Assembly (NCBI GenBank): GCA_033581555.1
Contig: JAVQSZ010000002.1
Coordinates: 64,001 to 128,000 of the forward strand
DNA: 64,000 bases
Direction: 5' to 3'
DNA from: Nitrososphaerota archaeon
GTDB taxonomy: Archaea > Thermoproteota > Nitrososphaeria_A > Caldarchaeales > Calditenuaceae
The notes beneath the pieces are model-generated. The model had not been told where the DNA came from. It saw only the letters and a program-made list of their open reading frames with translations, and ran no database searches. Positions 56,060 through 64,000 of the stretch are shown here, piece after piece (the first letter of the stretch is position 1; every line of letters starts with the position of its first letter). The position numbers and the translations under genes were made by a program.

Positions 56060-57865
56060 TCATTTAGGCAGAAAGGCCCTGATCCTCTTGCCCTCCGCCA
56101 GGGCCGAAAGGAGCGCCTTGCCGGCCTCGGTCCCTTTCGAGACCTTGACCTTCCCCCTCCTTCCGACGGTCGCCGTGAGGAGGTATTCGCCCTCGACGTA
56201 GACGCTCACGGGCCTGCCTACCTCGACGTCCTTCACCGTCAGGACGATGGAGGGGCCCGCGTCGCTGACCGAGCACTCGACCTCCTCTCCGATCGCGTCC
56301 GGGTACGGGACGACCTTCACCCTCACGCCGTGGACCCTCTCCACCTCCTTCAGGGCCCTCCCGAGGGACTTGCCAGCCGCCCTGAGCTGAGACCTGTCGA
56401 CCATCACGGCTATCGTGCCTTCGGGAGAGGCCTCGAGCCTGAAGCCCTCGACGCCCGCGCCCCTCATGAGCTCCTCGACCTTGGAGACGGCCTCCTCCAC
56501 TCCCCTCGGCTTGAGGGAGACTACCACCCGCTCCTCGCCGAAAGTGTAGATCTCATACTCGAGCTCACCGGTCTCGAAGTCCCTGACCTCGACCAGCGGC
56601 CTGACGAGGTCCTCGTTCCTCATCCCCTTCGGGAGCCTGACGGTCAGCGACAGCTCCAGGACCTTCTGGACTTTTCCGTCCCTGAGGAAGATCACCGTGT
56701 CGACGATGTGCGGCAGCATCCCGAGCTCGGTCCGCTCGAGGAGCCGCTGGATCGCGTCGATCGGGTCGCTGGCGTGTATCACGCCGACCATCCCAACCCC
56801 AGCGAGCCTCATGTCGATGAAGACTTGGAAGTCCTTGGGCCTCCGCATCTCGTCGAAGATCGTGTAGTCCGGCCTCACGAGCAACAGCACCTCCGCGGTC
56901 TTCTCGAAGTCGCCCTCCAGGGGGCCGTACTGGGTGATCTCAGGCCCGACGAGGAGGTCCCTCGGCGACTCGAGGGTCTTGACGACCTTCCCCAGCCTGG
57001 AGTAGAACTCCGCAAGCGAGGAGGCGAAGGTGGTTTTGCCGGACCCGGGCGGGCCCGCGATCAGAATCCCTTCCGCCCTCTTCGAGAGCCTCGCGATCAG
57101 CCTCTCGCTCAGGTTGTAGTCCTCGAGCCTCATCCTGACCAGGGGCCTGACGACCGTCAGCTCCAATTCGTCGCTGAAGGGGGGCCTCGCGACCGCGATC
57201 CTCAGGTCCCCGAGCTGCGCGACCATCGCGCCCTGCCTGACGATCTCGACGTAGCCGTCTTTAGAGTTCCTCAAGGCCCACATCAGCTCGTCGACGTAGG
57301 CCTGGACCTCCTCCTGCGAGAGCGGCTCCTCCCTCAACCTGACCAGCGTGACCGAGCCCGGCCTCCCCCTCTTCGCTGTCGGGGGCGCGCCGACCTTGAG
57401 GTGCAGACTGATCGTGTCGTGCGTCATCAACCTCGTCACCGAGAGCTCGCCAACTTCAGGCCTCCAGGGGACGTACACCGCCTTCACGCCCTCGGCCTCC
57501 GCGACCAGCGCCTGGACGTAGTCCGAGGTGTACAGGACAGCGCCTTCACGCTTCGCGACGTCCCTGATCAGCGCGTCGATCCTCCCTCCCCTCGCGAGCC
57601 TGATCTCCTCGAGCGTCGGCCTCTCTCCCGCGAACCTCAAGGCGACCGAGGCCGACTGCCCCAGCTCCCTGATCCTCTTGATCTCCTCAAGCCCGACGAG
57701 CCCCTCTCCCCTGCCCCTTGAGGCCTGGGCCTGGAGCTCGTCGAGGGCAGGGACCGGAACGATGACCTCTGCGTCCCTCAGTTCCCCGGACTCGATCATC
57801 CTCGAGAGGACCCTGTTGATCAGGACGCTCGTGTCGGGGACGATCCTCTTCGGCTCCCCGCTCAT
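56060..57865 (-). CDS. PINA: PIN domain, VirB11-like ATPase and KH domain protein
   Basis: VPDTS (PIN), GPPGSGKTTF, ESPRDL, RPDYTIFDEMR, GMVGVIHA; ATG at 57865. Confidence 0.9.
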   Translation of the reverse strand: MSGEPKRIVPDTSVLINRVLSRMIESGELRDAEVIVPVPALDELQAQASRGRGEGLVGLEEIKRIRELGQSASVALRFAGERPTLEEIRLARGGRIDALIRDVAKREGAVLYTSDYVQALVAEAEGVKAVYVPWRPEVGELSVTRLMTHDTISLHLKVGAPPTAKRGRPGSVTLVRLREEPLSQEEVQAYVDELMWALRNSKDGYVEIVRQGAMVAQLGDLRIAVARPPFSDELELTVVRPLVRMRLEDYNLSERLIARLSKRAEGILIAGPPGSGKTTFASSLAEFYSRLGKVVKTLESPRDLLVGPEITQYGPLEGDFEKTAEVLLLVRPDYTIFDEMRRPKDFQVFIDMRLAGVGMVGVIHASDPIDAIQRLLERTELGMLPHIVDTVIFLRDGKVQKVLELSLTVRLPKGMRNEDLVRPLVEVRDFETGELEYEIYTFGEERVVVSLKPRGVEEAVSKVEELMRGAGVEGFRLEASPEGTIAVMVDRSQLRAAGKSLGRALKEVERVHGVRVKVVPYPDAIGEEVECSVSDAGPSIVLTVKDVEVGRPVSVYVEGEYLLTATVGRRGKVKVSKGTEAGKALLSALAEGKRIRAFLPK

Positions 57866-57921
57866 CTCCAGCCTCCTGAGCTTCAGCCCTCGTGCGTGGT
57901 AATAAGACAGAGCTTCCGGAG

Positions 57922-58914
57922 TCACCCTCCCGGCCTCGCCCTCGCCTCCCGGATCCCGAGCACAGCCGCGACGGCCGCCCCGACTACCGGTGAGTGCTCC
58001 CCGAAGGCAGGGTCCTCGACTGAAGGGGCCTCGAGGATCAGGTAGGAGCTCATCCTCGGGATCACCGAGCCCGCGAAGAAGTCCTTGTTCGAGAGGTATA
58101 CCGAGCCGCCCAGGACGAGGACCTCGGGGTCGAGCGCGTTGACCGCTGAGGCGAGTCCAGCCGCGTGGACCTCCGCGAGCCTCGCGAAGAGCTGAGCTGC
58201 TCCCTCGTCGCCGGCGCGGTAGAGCCTGAAGGCCTCTGAGGGGTCCTGACCGCCGGAGGTGAGGTACTCGGCTAGCTCAGACGAACTCGGGATCAGCCCG
58301 TCCTCGAGGAGCCTCCTCGCAAAGGAGAGCATGTTGCCTCCGGACGCGTAGGCCTCCCAGTGTCCTCTCCCTCCGCAACCGCAGCCCATGTAGCCCGATG
58401 GGTCGACGACGACGTGACCCAGCTCGATCGCGTTCCCCCTCCTCCCTAGGAGCGGCCTCGAGGAGAGGACGCAGCCCGCGCCGATTCCGGTGCTTACGGT
58501 GACGTAGAGCAGGTCCTCGATCCCCCTTGACCTCCTCGCCCACCACTCCGCGATCGCCGCCGCGTTGCAGTCGTTCAGGACGAAGACCTCCTCGACGCCC
58601 CCGACCTCGACCACCGGCCCGACCACGTCGACCATCTCCGGCCTCCCGGCGACGTTGGGCGCCCTCAGTACCACGCCCCTCCTCGCGTCCAGAGGCCCGA
58701 TCGTCGCGACGCCAGCCTCCCTCCTCACCCTCTCCCCCGCGACGACCTCCCTCACCACTTCCCTCAGAGCCTCAGGGATCGCCTCCCTCCTCCCCGACTG
58801 AGGAGTGGGCGCCCTCACGAGCTTCAGGACCCTCAGGGCCTCTGGGTCGACCAGCGCGGCCCTCAGCCACGTCGCGCCCACGTCGACCGAGAGGACGGCC
58901 TCCAACGCCTCCAC
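57922..58914 (-). CDS. ROK family sugar kinase (glucokinase-like)
   Basis: DVGAT, NDCNAAA, STGIGAG, ELGH, CGCGGRGHWEAYASG. Confidence 0.9.
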   Translation of the reverse strand: MEALEAVLSVDVGATWLRAALVDPEALRVLKLVRAPTPQSGRREAIPEALREVVREVVAGERVRREAGVATIGPLDARRGVVLRAPNVAGRPEMVDVVGPVVEVGGVEEVFVLNDCNAAAIAEWWARRSRGIEDLLYVTVSTGIGAGCVLSSRPLLGRRGNAIELGHVVVDPSGYMGCGCGGRGHWEAYASGGNMLSFARRLLEDGLIPSSSELAEYLTSGGQDPSEAFRLYRAGDEGAAQLFARLAEVHAAGLASAVNALDPEVLVLGGSVYLSNKDFFAGSVIPRMSSYLILEAPSVEDPAFGEHSPVVGAAVAAVLGIREARARPGG

Positions 58915-59238
58915 CTAGTCCGGCCAGCTCCACGACTTGTACAAGGAGTAGACTTCGCCTCGCCTGAAGAAGTGGTGCCTCAGCTCGGAGAAGGTCTCGG
59001 GGGCCTTCATATCCTCAGCGCTGCACTCGCCCTCCTCCTCGACGACCTTGAAGGCGACGAAGTCGCCTGCCCTCGAGCCGTAAGGCCACTGAGAGGACCT
59101 CGCGGCCGAGACGATCAGCCACGCCGCGTAGTCTACCGCAGCCTCCCTCTCCCTGAAGCACTCCGGCACACCGGCTCGCTCACCCCCCGGGACCCATCCC
59201 TTGCCTTGGACGAAGAGGAGGACCCTGTACCTCGCCAT
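58915..59238 (-). CDS. Hypothetical protein
   Basis: ATG start, abuts the ROK gene, host-like codon usage. Confidence 0.65.
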   Translation of the reverse strand: MARYRVLLFVQGKGWVPGGERAGVPECFREREAAVDYAAWLIVSAARSSQWPYGSRAGDFVAFKVVEEEGECSAEDMKAPETFSELRHHFFRRGEVYSLYKSWSWPD

Positions 59239-59314
59239 CGGGGCCTGAAGACCTCGGCCTCTGATATCGCTTAGCCCGCGATACCGTTTTTACGCCGAAG
59301 ACCGCGATCCGCCC

Positions 59315-60481
59315 GTGACCGTCGCCGACGGCCTCGACTCCGTGGGCACCTCGAGGATAGAGGAACTCTTCGAGCTGGCGATGAAGATGGAGGACGCCAT
59401 CAACCTCGGCGTGGGCGAACCCGACTACGACGCGCCCGAACCCCTCGTCGAGGCCGCTTGCAGGCAGATCAGGGCCGGAAAGAACAAGTACGGTCCGGTG
59501 GCAGGGATCCCTGAGCTCAGGGAGAGGATAGCTGAGAGCTACGCGGAGCGGGGGGTCGACTTGAGCCCGGAGAACGTCTTCGTCACGCTGGGCGCTCAGA
59601 ATGCGATCTTCGCAGCGATGGCATCGATACTCGAGCGGGGCGACGAGGTCGCGGTCTTCTCGCCTGCCTTCCCGACTTATGCCGCGGTCGCGACGATGCT
59701 GGGGGCGAGGGTCAAGTTCGTGAGGACTTCGCCCTCGAGGAGGTACGTCCCGGACCCTGAGGAGGTGAGGTCCGCCGTAACGAGGTCTACGAAGGTCGTC
59801 GTGGTCAACTCGCCCTCGAACCCGACGGGCGCGGTCTACGGGAGGAGGGAGATGGCTGAGGTGTTCGAGGCCGCGAGGAGGGCGGGGGCATACGTCATCT
59901 CCGACGAGGTCTACGAGGAGTTCGTCTATGACGGAGAGTTCGTCAGCGCCGCCGAGTTCCTCGACGTCCACGACAGGGTCCTGATCGCCAACAGCTTCTC
60001 GAAGACGCTAGCAGTGACCGGGTGGAGGCTCGGGTACCTGATCGCGCCCCCTGACCTCTCCGAGAGGATCGGCAAGGTCCTCCTCTACGGGCACACCTGC
60101 CCCCCGACCTTCGCGCAGCACGCGGTCCTCGAGGTCCTCGGAAGCGAGGAGGTGAAGGGGTTCGTCAGGAGGATAAGGGAGGAGTACCGGAGGAGGAGGG
60201 ACGCGTCCGTTGGGGTTCTTAACGAGCACGGGATCGAGGTAGTGCCGCCGTCCGGATCGCTCTACCTCTTCCCCAAGCTGCCAGGCCCGCTCGACGACAA
60301 CGCCTTCTGCCTGAGGCTGCTCGAGCGCGAGAGAGTCGTCGCTGTCCCGGGCAGCACCTTCGGTCCGGGAGGAGAGCGCCACGTCAGGTTGAGCATCACC
60401 AGACCGCTGGACGTCCTCGTCGAGGGAGTCAGGAGGTTCGCGAGGCTCGCGAGGGCCCTGTCGGACCTAGGCGACCCGTGA
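59315..60481 (+). CDS. Class I/II PLP aminotransferase (aspartate aminotransferase-like)
   Basis: GEPD, NSPSNPTG, SDEVY, SFSKTLAVTGWRLGY, PGSTFG. Confidence 0.92.
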   Translation: MTVADGLDSVGTSRIEELFELAMKMEDAINLGVGEPDYDAPEPLVEAACRQIRAGKNKYGPVAGIPELRERIAESYAERGVDLSPENVFVTLGAQNAIFAAMASILERGDEVAVFSPAFPTYAAVATMLGARVKFVRTSPSRRYVPDPEEVRSAVTRSTKVVVVNSPSNPTGAVYGRREMAEVFEAARRAGAYVISDEVYEEFVYDGEFVSAAEFLDVHDRVLIANSFSKTLAVTGWRLGYLIAPPDLSERIGKVLLYGHTCPPTFAQHAVLEVLGSEEVKGFVRRIREEYRRRRDASVGVLNEHGIEVVPPSGSLYLFPKLPGPLDDNAFCLRLLERERVVAVPGSTFGPGGERHVRLSITRPLDVLVEGVRRFARLARALSDLGDP

Positions 60482-61501
60482 GTGCCTCAGCCTATCGAGC
60501 TCCTCCTCGATCGCCCCGAAGTCCCGAGAGACTGCCCTGTAAGAGAGCCTGCCCCTGGTGGCGCGCTCCGCCAGGCCGATCTCGACCAAGAACTCGGCGT
60601 GGGATAAGGCCTCGAGGACAGCTAGCCAAGTGTCGACCGGGCCGAGCTCCTCGAACCTCCCCCTGGACCACGTGAGGCTTGCCGCGAGGCCGATCGCGTC
60701 CATCCAGCCGCCCATCGCCTCGAGCGCCTCCCTAAGCCTCTTCACGTGGTGCTCGAAGAGGAAGTCGACCCTCGCGCTGACGTCAGAGAACGGCTCGCCG
60801 TGGGCCGGGAGGACGACCGAGGGCCTGAGCGTCTCGGCCTTCACGAGGGACATTAGGTATGATCGGAGCGAGTTGTAACCCGGGATCGGGTAGAACGGGA
60901 CGTTCGAGGTCTCCCTCGGGAGCAGGTGGTCGCCTGAGATAAGGGCCCTGGTCTCCGAGTTGAGCACGCACACGTGCCCCGGCGTGTGGCCCGGCGTGTG
61001 GACGACCACCCACGGGCTCCCCTCGCCGCCCAACCTCTCGCCCTCGCTCACGGGACCTAAGTCCTCCGGCAGGAGCTTGACGTTCCGCTCGAAGAAGGAC
61101 CTGATCAGCTCCTTCACCCTCCCCTCGACGCCGAGCAGGTCGAAGAATCCCAGCTCGCTCCGAACCGCCCCCTTCACCATCTCCAGCACGCCGATGTCGC
61201 CTGGGTGCATGCGGACACCGCACCCGAAGACCTCTGCGACCGCCCTCGAGCCTCCCGAGTGGTCGTAATGGATGTGCGTCAGGACGACATCATAGGGACC
61301 GGAGCCGCCCGCGACCCTCTTGACCTCCCCGATCAGCAGCGAGGAACTGTCCGGGAAGCCAGTGTCGACCAGCGTCCACCTGCCGCCGGCCTTTAGGAGG
61401 TAGGCGTTGACGTGGTCGACGTACTCGGAGCTCGACCACATCCTCAGCCTCCAGACTCCTGGGAGGACCTCGGAGCTCTCCGCCTCCAACCGACCCCCCA
61501 A
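60467..61501 (-). CDS. MBL-fold metallo-hydrolase
   Basis: VDTG, THIHYDHSGG, TPGHTPGH, SGDH, PAHG. Confidence 0.9.
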   Translation of the reverse strand: MGGRLEAESSEVLPGVWRLRMWSSSEYVDHVNAYLLKAGGRWTLVDTGFPDSSSLLIGEVKRVAGGSGPYDVVLTHIHYDHSGGSRAVAEVFGCGVRMHPGDIGVLEMVKGAVRSELGFFDLLGVEGRVKELIRSFFERNVKLLPEDLGPVSEGERLGGEGSPWVVVHTPGHTPGHVCVLNSETRALISGDHLLPRETSNVPFYPIPGYNSLRSYLMSLVKAETLRPSVVLPAHGEPFSDVSARVDFLFEHHVKRLREALEAMGGWMDAIGLAASLTWSRGRFEELGPVDTWLAVLEALSHAEFLVEIGLAERATRGRLSYRAVSRDFGAIEEELDRLRHSRVA

Positions 61502-61522
61502 GACCAGCCCCTCTAAAAACGG

Positions 61523-63247
61523 TTAGCCCAGGAGAGGAGGCCCGAGCTCGCCGACGTTCCTGACCCTCGACGCGATCAACGACCCGATCCACTCGGCGAG
61601 CTCCCCGACCTTGATGCCCCTCACTACCGTGCCCCTGTGGTCCCTGAGCGAGACTGTCCCCTCGCTCGCCTCTGCCTTCCCGACGATCGCGACGAAGGAG
61701 ACCCTCTGCCTGTGGGCCTCCCTGATCCTCCTCTCGAGCGTCCCCTCCGTCCAGACCTCTGTCCTGACTCCGTGCCCCTCGAGGAGCTCAGCGACCCTCC
61801 GCGCGTAGTCCGACTCGCCCTCGGTGACGGGCAGCACCGCCACCTGGACCGGTGTGAGCCAGACCGGAAGCCTACCGTTGTAGTGCTCGAGGAGAACGCC
61901 GATGAACCTCTCGAGGCTCCCGAGGATCGCCCTGTGTATCATCACCGGCCTCCGCCTGACGTTGTCCTGGTCGACGTACTCGAGCCCCAGCCTCTCGGGC
62001 ATGAAGAAGTCCAGCTGGACGGTCGTACACTGCCATCTCCTCCCCATCGAGTCCTCGACGTCGACGTCTATCTTCGGGCCGTAAAAGGCCCCCTCGCCGT
62101 GCTTGATCTGATAGCTCGCTCCGACCGCTTCCAGCGCCGACTTGAGGTCGGACTCGGCGACCTCCCAGAGCTCCGGGGTGCCGATGAACTTATCCGGCCT
62201 CGTCGAGAGGTTGACGTAGAGCCTGGCGCCGAGCGTCCTCTCCAGCACGTCGAACGCCGCCTCGAGTATCTCGGTGACTACCCGCTCGACCTGGTCGGGC
62301 CTCGCGAAGACGTGCCCGTCGTCCTGGGTGATGCTCCTGACCCTCAACAGGCCCGTCAGCTCGCCGGCCTGCTCGTTCCTGTAGACGGTCCCGAACTCCG
62401 AGAGCTTCACCGGGAGGTCCCTGTAACTCCTCGGCTTACTGGCGTAGATCATCGCGTGCCCTGGGCAGTTCATCGGCTTCAGGACGTACTCCTCGTCGCC
62501 GAGCGTGAAGTGGAACATCCTGTCCCTGAAGGTCTCGTAGTGTCCAGTCCTGTACCAGAGCGTCGACTTGAAGAGGTGGGGCGTCCAGACCTCCTGAAAA
62601 CCCAACCTTCTGTTAACCTCCCTGATCAGCCTGATCAGCTCGTCCCTGATGACGAACCCCCTCGGGTGGAAGAGGATCAGCCCAGGCCCCACGTTCTCGT
62701 TAACGCTGAAGACGTCAAGCTCCCTCCCGAGCGATATGTGGACCGGCTCAGCCTGCTTGACCTCGACCGCGGCGACCGCACCGCTCTCCTGCTCGGCCCG
62801 TCGGACCTGCGCCCGCTCGGCCCCCCTCCTCGCGACCTCCTTGGTCACGACCCTCAGCTGCTCCGCGAGCGGGTGGCCCTTCACCGAGACCGAGAACCTC
62901 TTGTTCCACCCGAAGGGAGCCCTGTGGACCTCAATCCCGAGACCCGCCGCGCGGTCGGCCATGAACCTGATCAGCTCGAGGGCCTTCGAAGGCGGAGCGA
63001 GGTCCGGGCTCAGGTGGGCATAGGGGTAGATCAGGAGCCTCTTGGCCCCAAGCCGGTCCATCGCTTCCTTCACCTGCCTCACCATCTCCTCAGCGACCTC
63101 CTCTCCGTCGTCACGCTCGACGGTCGTAAAGAGCACAAGGAGGTCCTCGTGCCTCTTGACGCGCCTCTCGGCCTCCTCGTGGACCGGCCCCTCGACCGCG
63201 ATCGGCTCGTACTCGATCGAGTCGACGTGGAGCTGCAGCGCCCTCAT
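61523..63247 (-). CDS. thrS: Threonyl-tRNA synthetase (archaeal editing domain plus bacterial-type catalytic core)
   Basis: N-terminal LQLHVD...IYPYAHLS...APFGWNK...KGHPLAE; catalytic LKPMNCPGH, YRNE..GEL.GLLRVR, QDDGH, GAFYGPKID, HRAILGSLERF. Confidence 0.95.
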   Translation of the reverse strand: MRALQLHVDSIEYEPIAVEGPVHEEAERRVKRHEDLLVLFTTVERDDGEEVAEEMVRQVKEAMDRLGAKRLLIYPYAHLSPDLAPPSKALELIRFMADRAAGLGIEVHRAPFGWNKRFSVSVKGHPLAEQLRVVTKEVARRGAERAQVRRAEQESGAVAAVEVKQAEPVHISLGRELDVFSVNENVGPGLILFHPRGFVIRDELIRLIREVNRRLGFQEVWTPHLFKSTLWYRTGHYETFRDRMFHFTLGDEEYVLKPMNCPGHAMIYASKPRSYRDLPVKLSEFGTVYRNEQAGELTGLLRVRSITQDDGHVFARPDQVERVVTEILEAAFDVLERTLGARLYVNLSTRPDKFIGTPELWEVAESDLKSALEAVGASYQIKHGEGAFYGPKIDVDVEDSMGRRWQCTTVQLDFFMPERLGLEYVDQDNVRRRPVMIHRAILGSLERFIGVLLEHYNGRLPVWLTPVQVAVLPVTEGESDYARRVAELLEGHGVRTEVWTEGTLERRIREAHRQRVSFVAIVGKAEASEGTVSLRDHRGTVVRGIKVGELAEWIGSLIASRVRNVGELGPPLLG

Positions 63248-63323
63248 TCCCCCGCAGAGGGCCCCCGGTCGACCATAACTTAAACGGGTACCGTTCGGGA
63301 CCGCGCGGTTCAGGGTTATCTAC

Positions 63324-63641
63324 TTGGGGCTCGAGGGGCGCGGCGTGAGCTCGATCGATGACGTGAGGATCGAATCGGTCGAAACCGAGGGGAAGGTCAG
63401 CCTCTTCAAGGGCAGGGCGAGGGTCTCGGGGGTCGAGGTGCGGTTCAGCGGGATAGCAGTCTACACGATCGGAGGTCCGACGGTCGGGATTGAGCTCGAC
63501 GAGGACTCGAGGCTGAGCCTCGCTGCGATGGGGGTCTCCGGAGAGGCAATCGACGAGCTCCTCGGCGAGCTGACGAGGCGCATAGTTGAGGGGGATTTGA
63601 TCCTCGCGGGAGAGAAGAGGGTCAGGGGTCAGCCCCTTTGA
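63324..63641 (+). CDS. Hypothetical protein
   Basis: Divergent from thrS; TTGA overlap with the next gene. Confidence 0.55.
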   Translation: MGLEGRGVSSIDDVRIESVETEGKVSLFKGRARVSGVEVRFSGIAVYTIGGPTVGIELDEDSRLSLAAMGVSGEAIDELLGELTRRIVEGDLILAGEKRVRGQPL

Positions 63642-64000
63642 CGGAGCGAGGGCCTCAGGACCCGTTCGAGGCGGTGGTCTCGGCCTACGAGTCGATCGGG
63701 CGCGGAGACGTCGAGTCGCTCATCGAGGCCTACGCAGAGGGATACACGCTGGTCAGCGAGCTGAACCCCGGGGAGCTCCTCGAGCCCGAGAGGGCGATCG
63801 CGACGAGGAGGTCGATGCCTGCTCAGATCGCCGACCTCGAGTTCAAGCTTGAGGAGGTTCACACAAGGCGGATCGGGAACGACGCGGCGCTGGTCGTCTA
63901 CAGGCTGAGGTACAAGGGGATCCTCGTCTACCAGTATAGGTTCGAAGGAGCTTATCTCGAGGTCGAGGCGATTGGGACCGCGCTCCTAGTGAGGGAGGGA
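63638..64000 (+). CDS. NTF2/SnoaL-like (DUF4440-like) protein, runs off the window
   Basis: Manual translation from TTG 63638: AYESIGRGDVESLIEAYAEG...LEFKLEEVHTRRIGNDAALVVYRLRY; open to the window end. Confidence 0.65.
   Translation, partial: MTERGPQDPFEAVVSAYESIGRGDVESLIEAYAEGYTLVSELNPGELLEPERAIATRRSMPAQIADLEFKLEEVHTRRIGNDAALVVYRLRYKGILVYQYRFEGAYLEVEAIGTALLVREG

Noticed and set aside
56060-57865. PIN-ATPase as a toxin/defence or secretion system
   Set aside because: It matches the conserved archaeal housekeeping PINA architecture and has host-like composition.
61637-63283. Very long antisense ORFs (also 56330-57721, 4869-6092, 2917-3936, 9699-10715, 49098-50192)
   Set aside because: They are shadows of well-supported genes caused by high GC3, are rich in Pro/Arg/Asp/Leu and show no family motifs.

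Overview
High-GC, densely coded archaeal chromosomal segment. It carries archaeal tRNA splicing endonuclease, aspS, uL1/uL11, NAC, TiaS, PINA and an intron-less tRNA-Gly(GCC); the gene set and scrambled gene order suggest a thermophilic TACK-lineage archaeon, possibly Aigarchaeota (inference). (1) At 1.3-13.6 kb, a purine-catabolism-like cluster has a YgeW-like carbamoyltransferase, SsnA-like amidohydrolase, dihydropyrimidinase (HyuA-like), adenine deaminase and Moco genes, plus an LLM-class reductase and a threonine-synthase-like PLP enzyme that may replace YgfK and DpaL of the bacterial 2,8-dioxopurine pathway. This is the best candidate for an undescribed system. (2) A phnDCE transporter with a palindromic operator, porGDAB and ABC exporters. 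(3) A visibly lower-GC defence island at about 30.3-39.4 kb holds a type I-A CRISPR-Cas interference module with divergent csa3, but no cas1/2/4 and no array in the window. It also holds a wHTH-OB gene and a frameshifted HsdR_N nuclease whose lost C-terminal domain lies in the -1 frame. (4) Housekeeping oddities: convergent rpl11/rpl1, a GcvH lacking its lipoyl lysine, a GcvH/LbpA-TusA fusion and a chimeric ThrRS. All family calls come from motif recognition and recalled sequences; no database searches were run.
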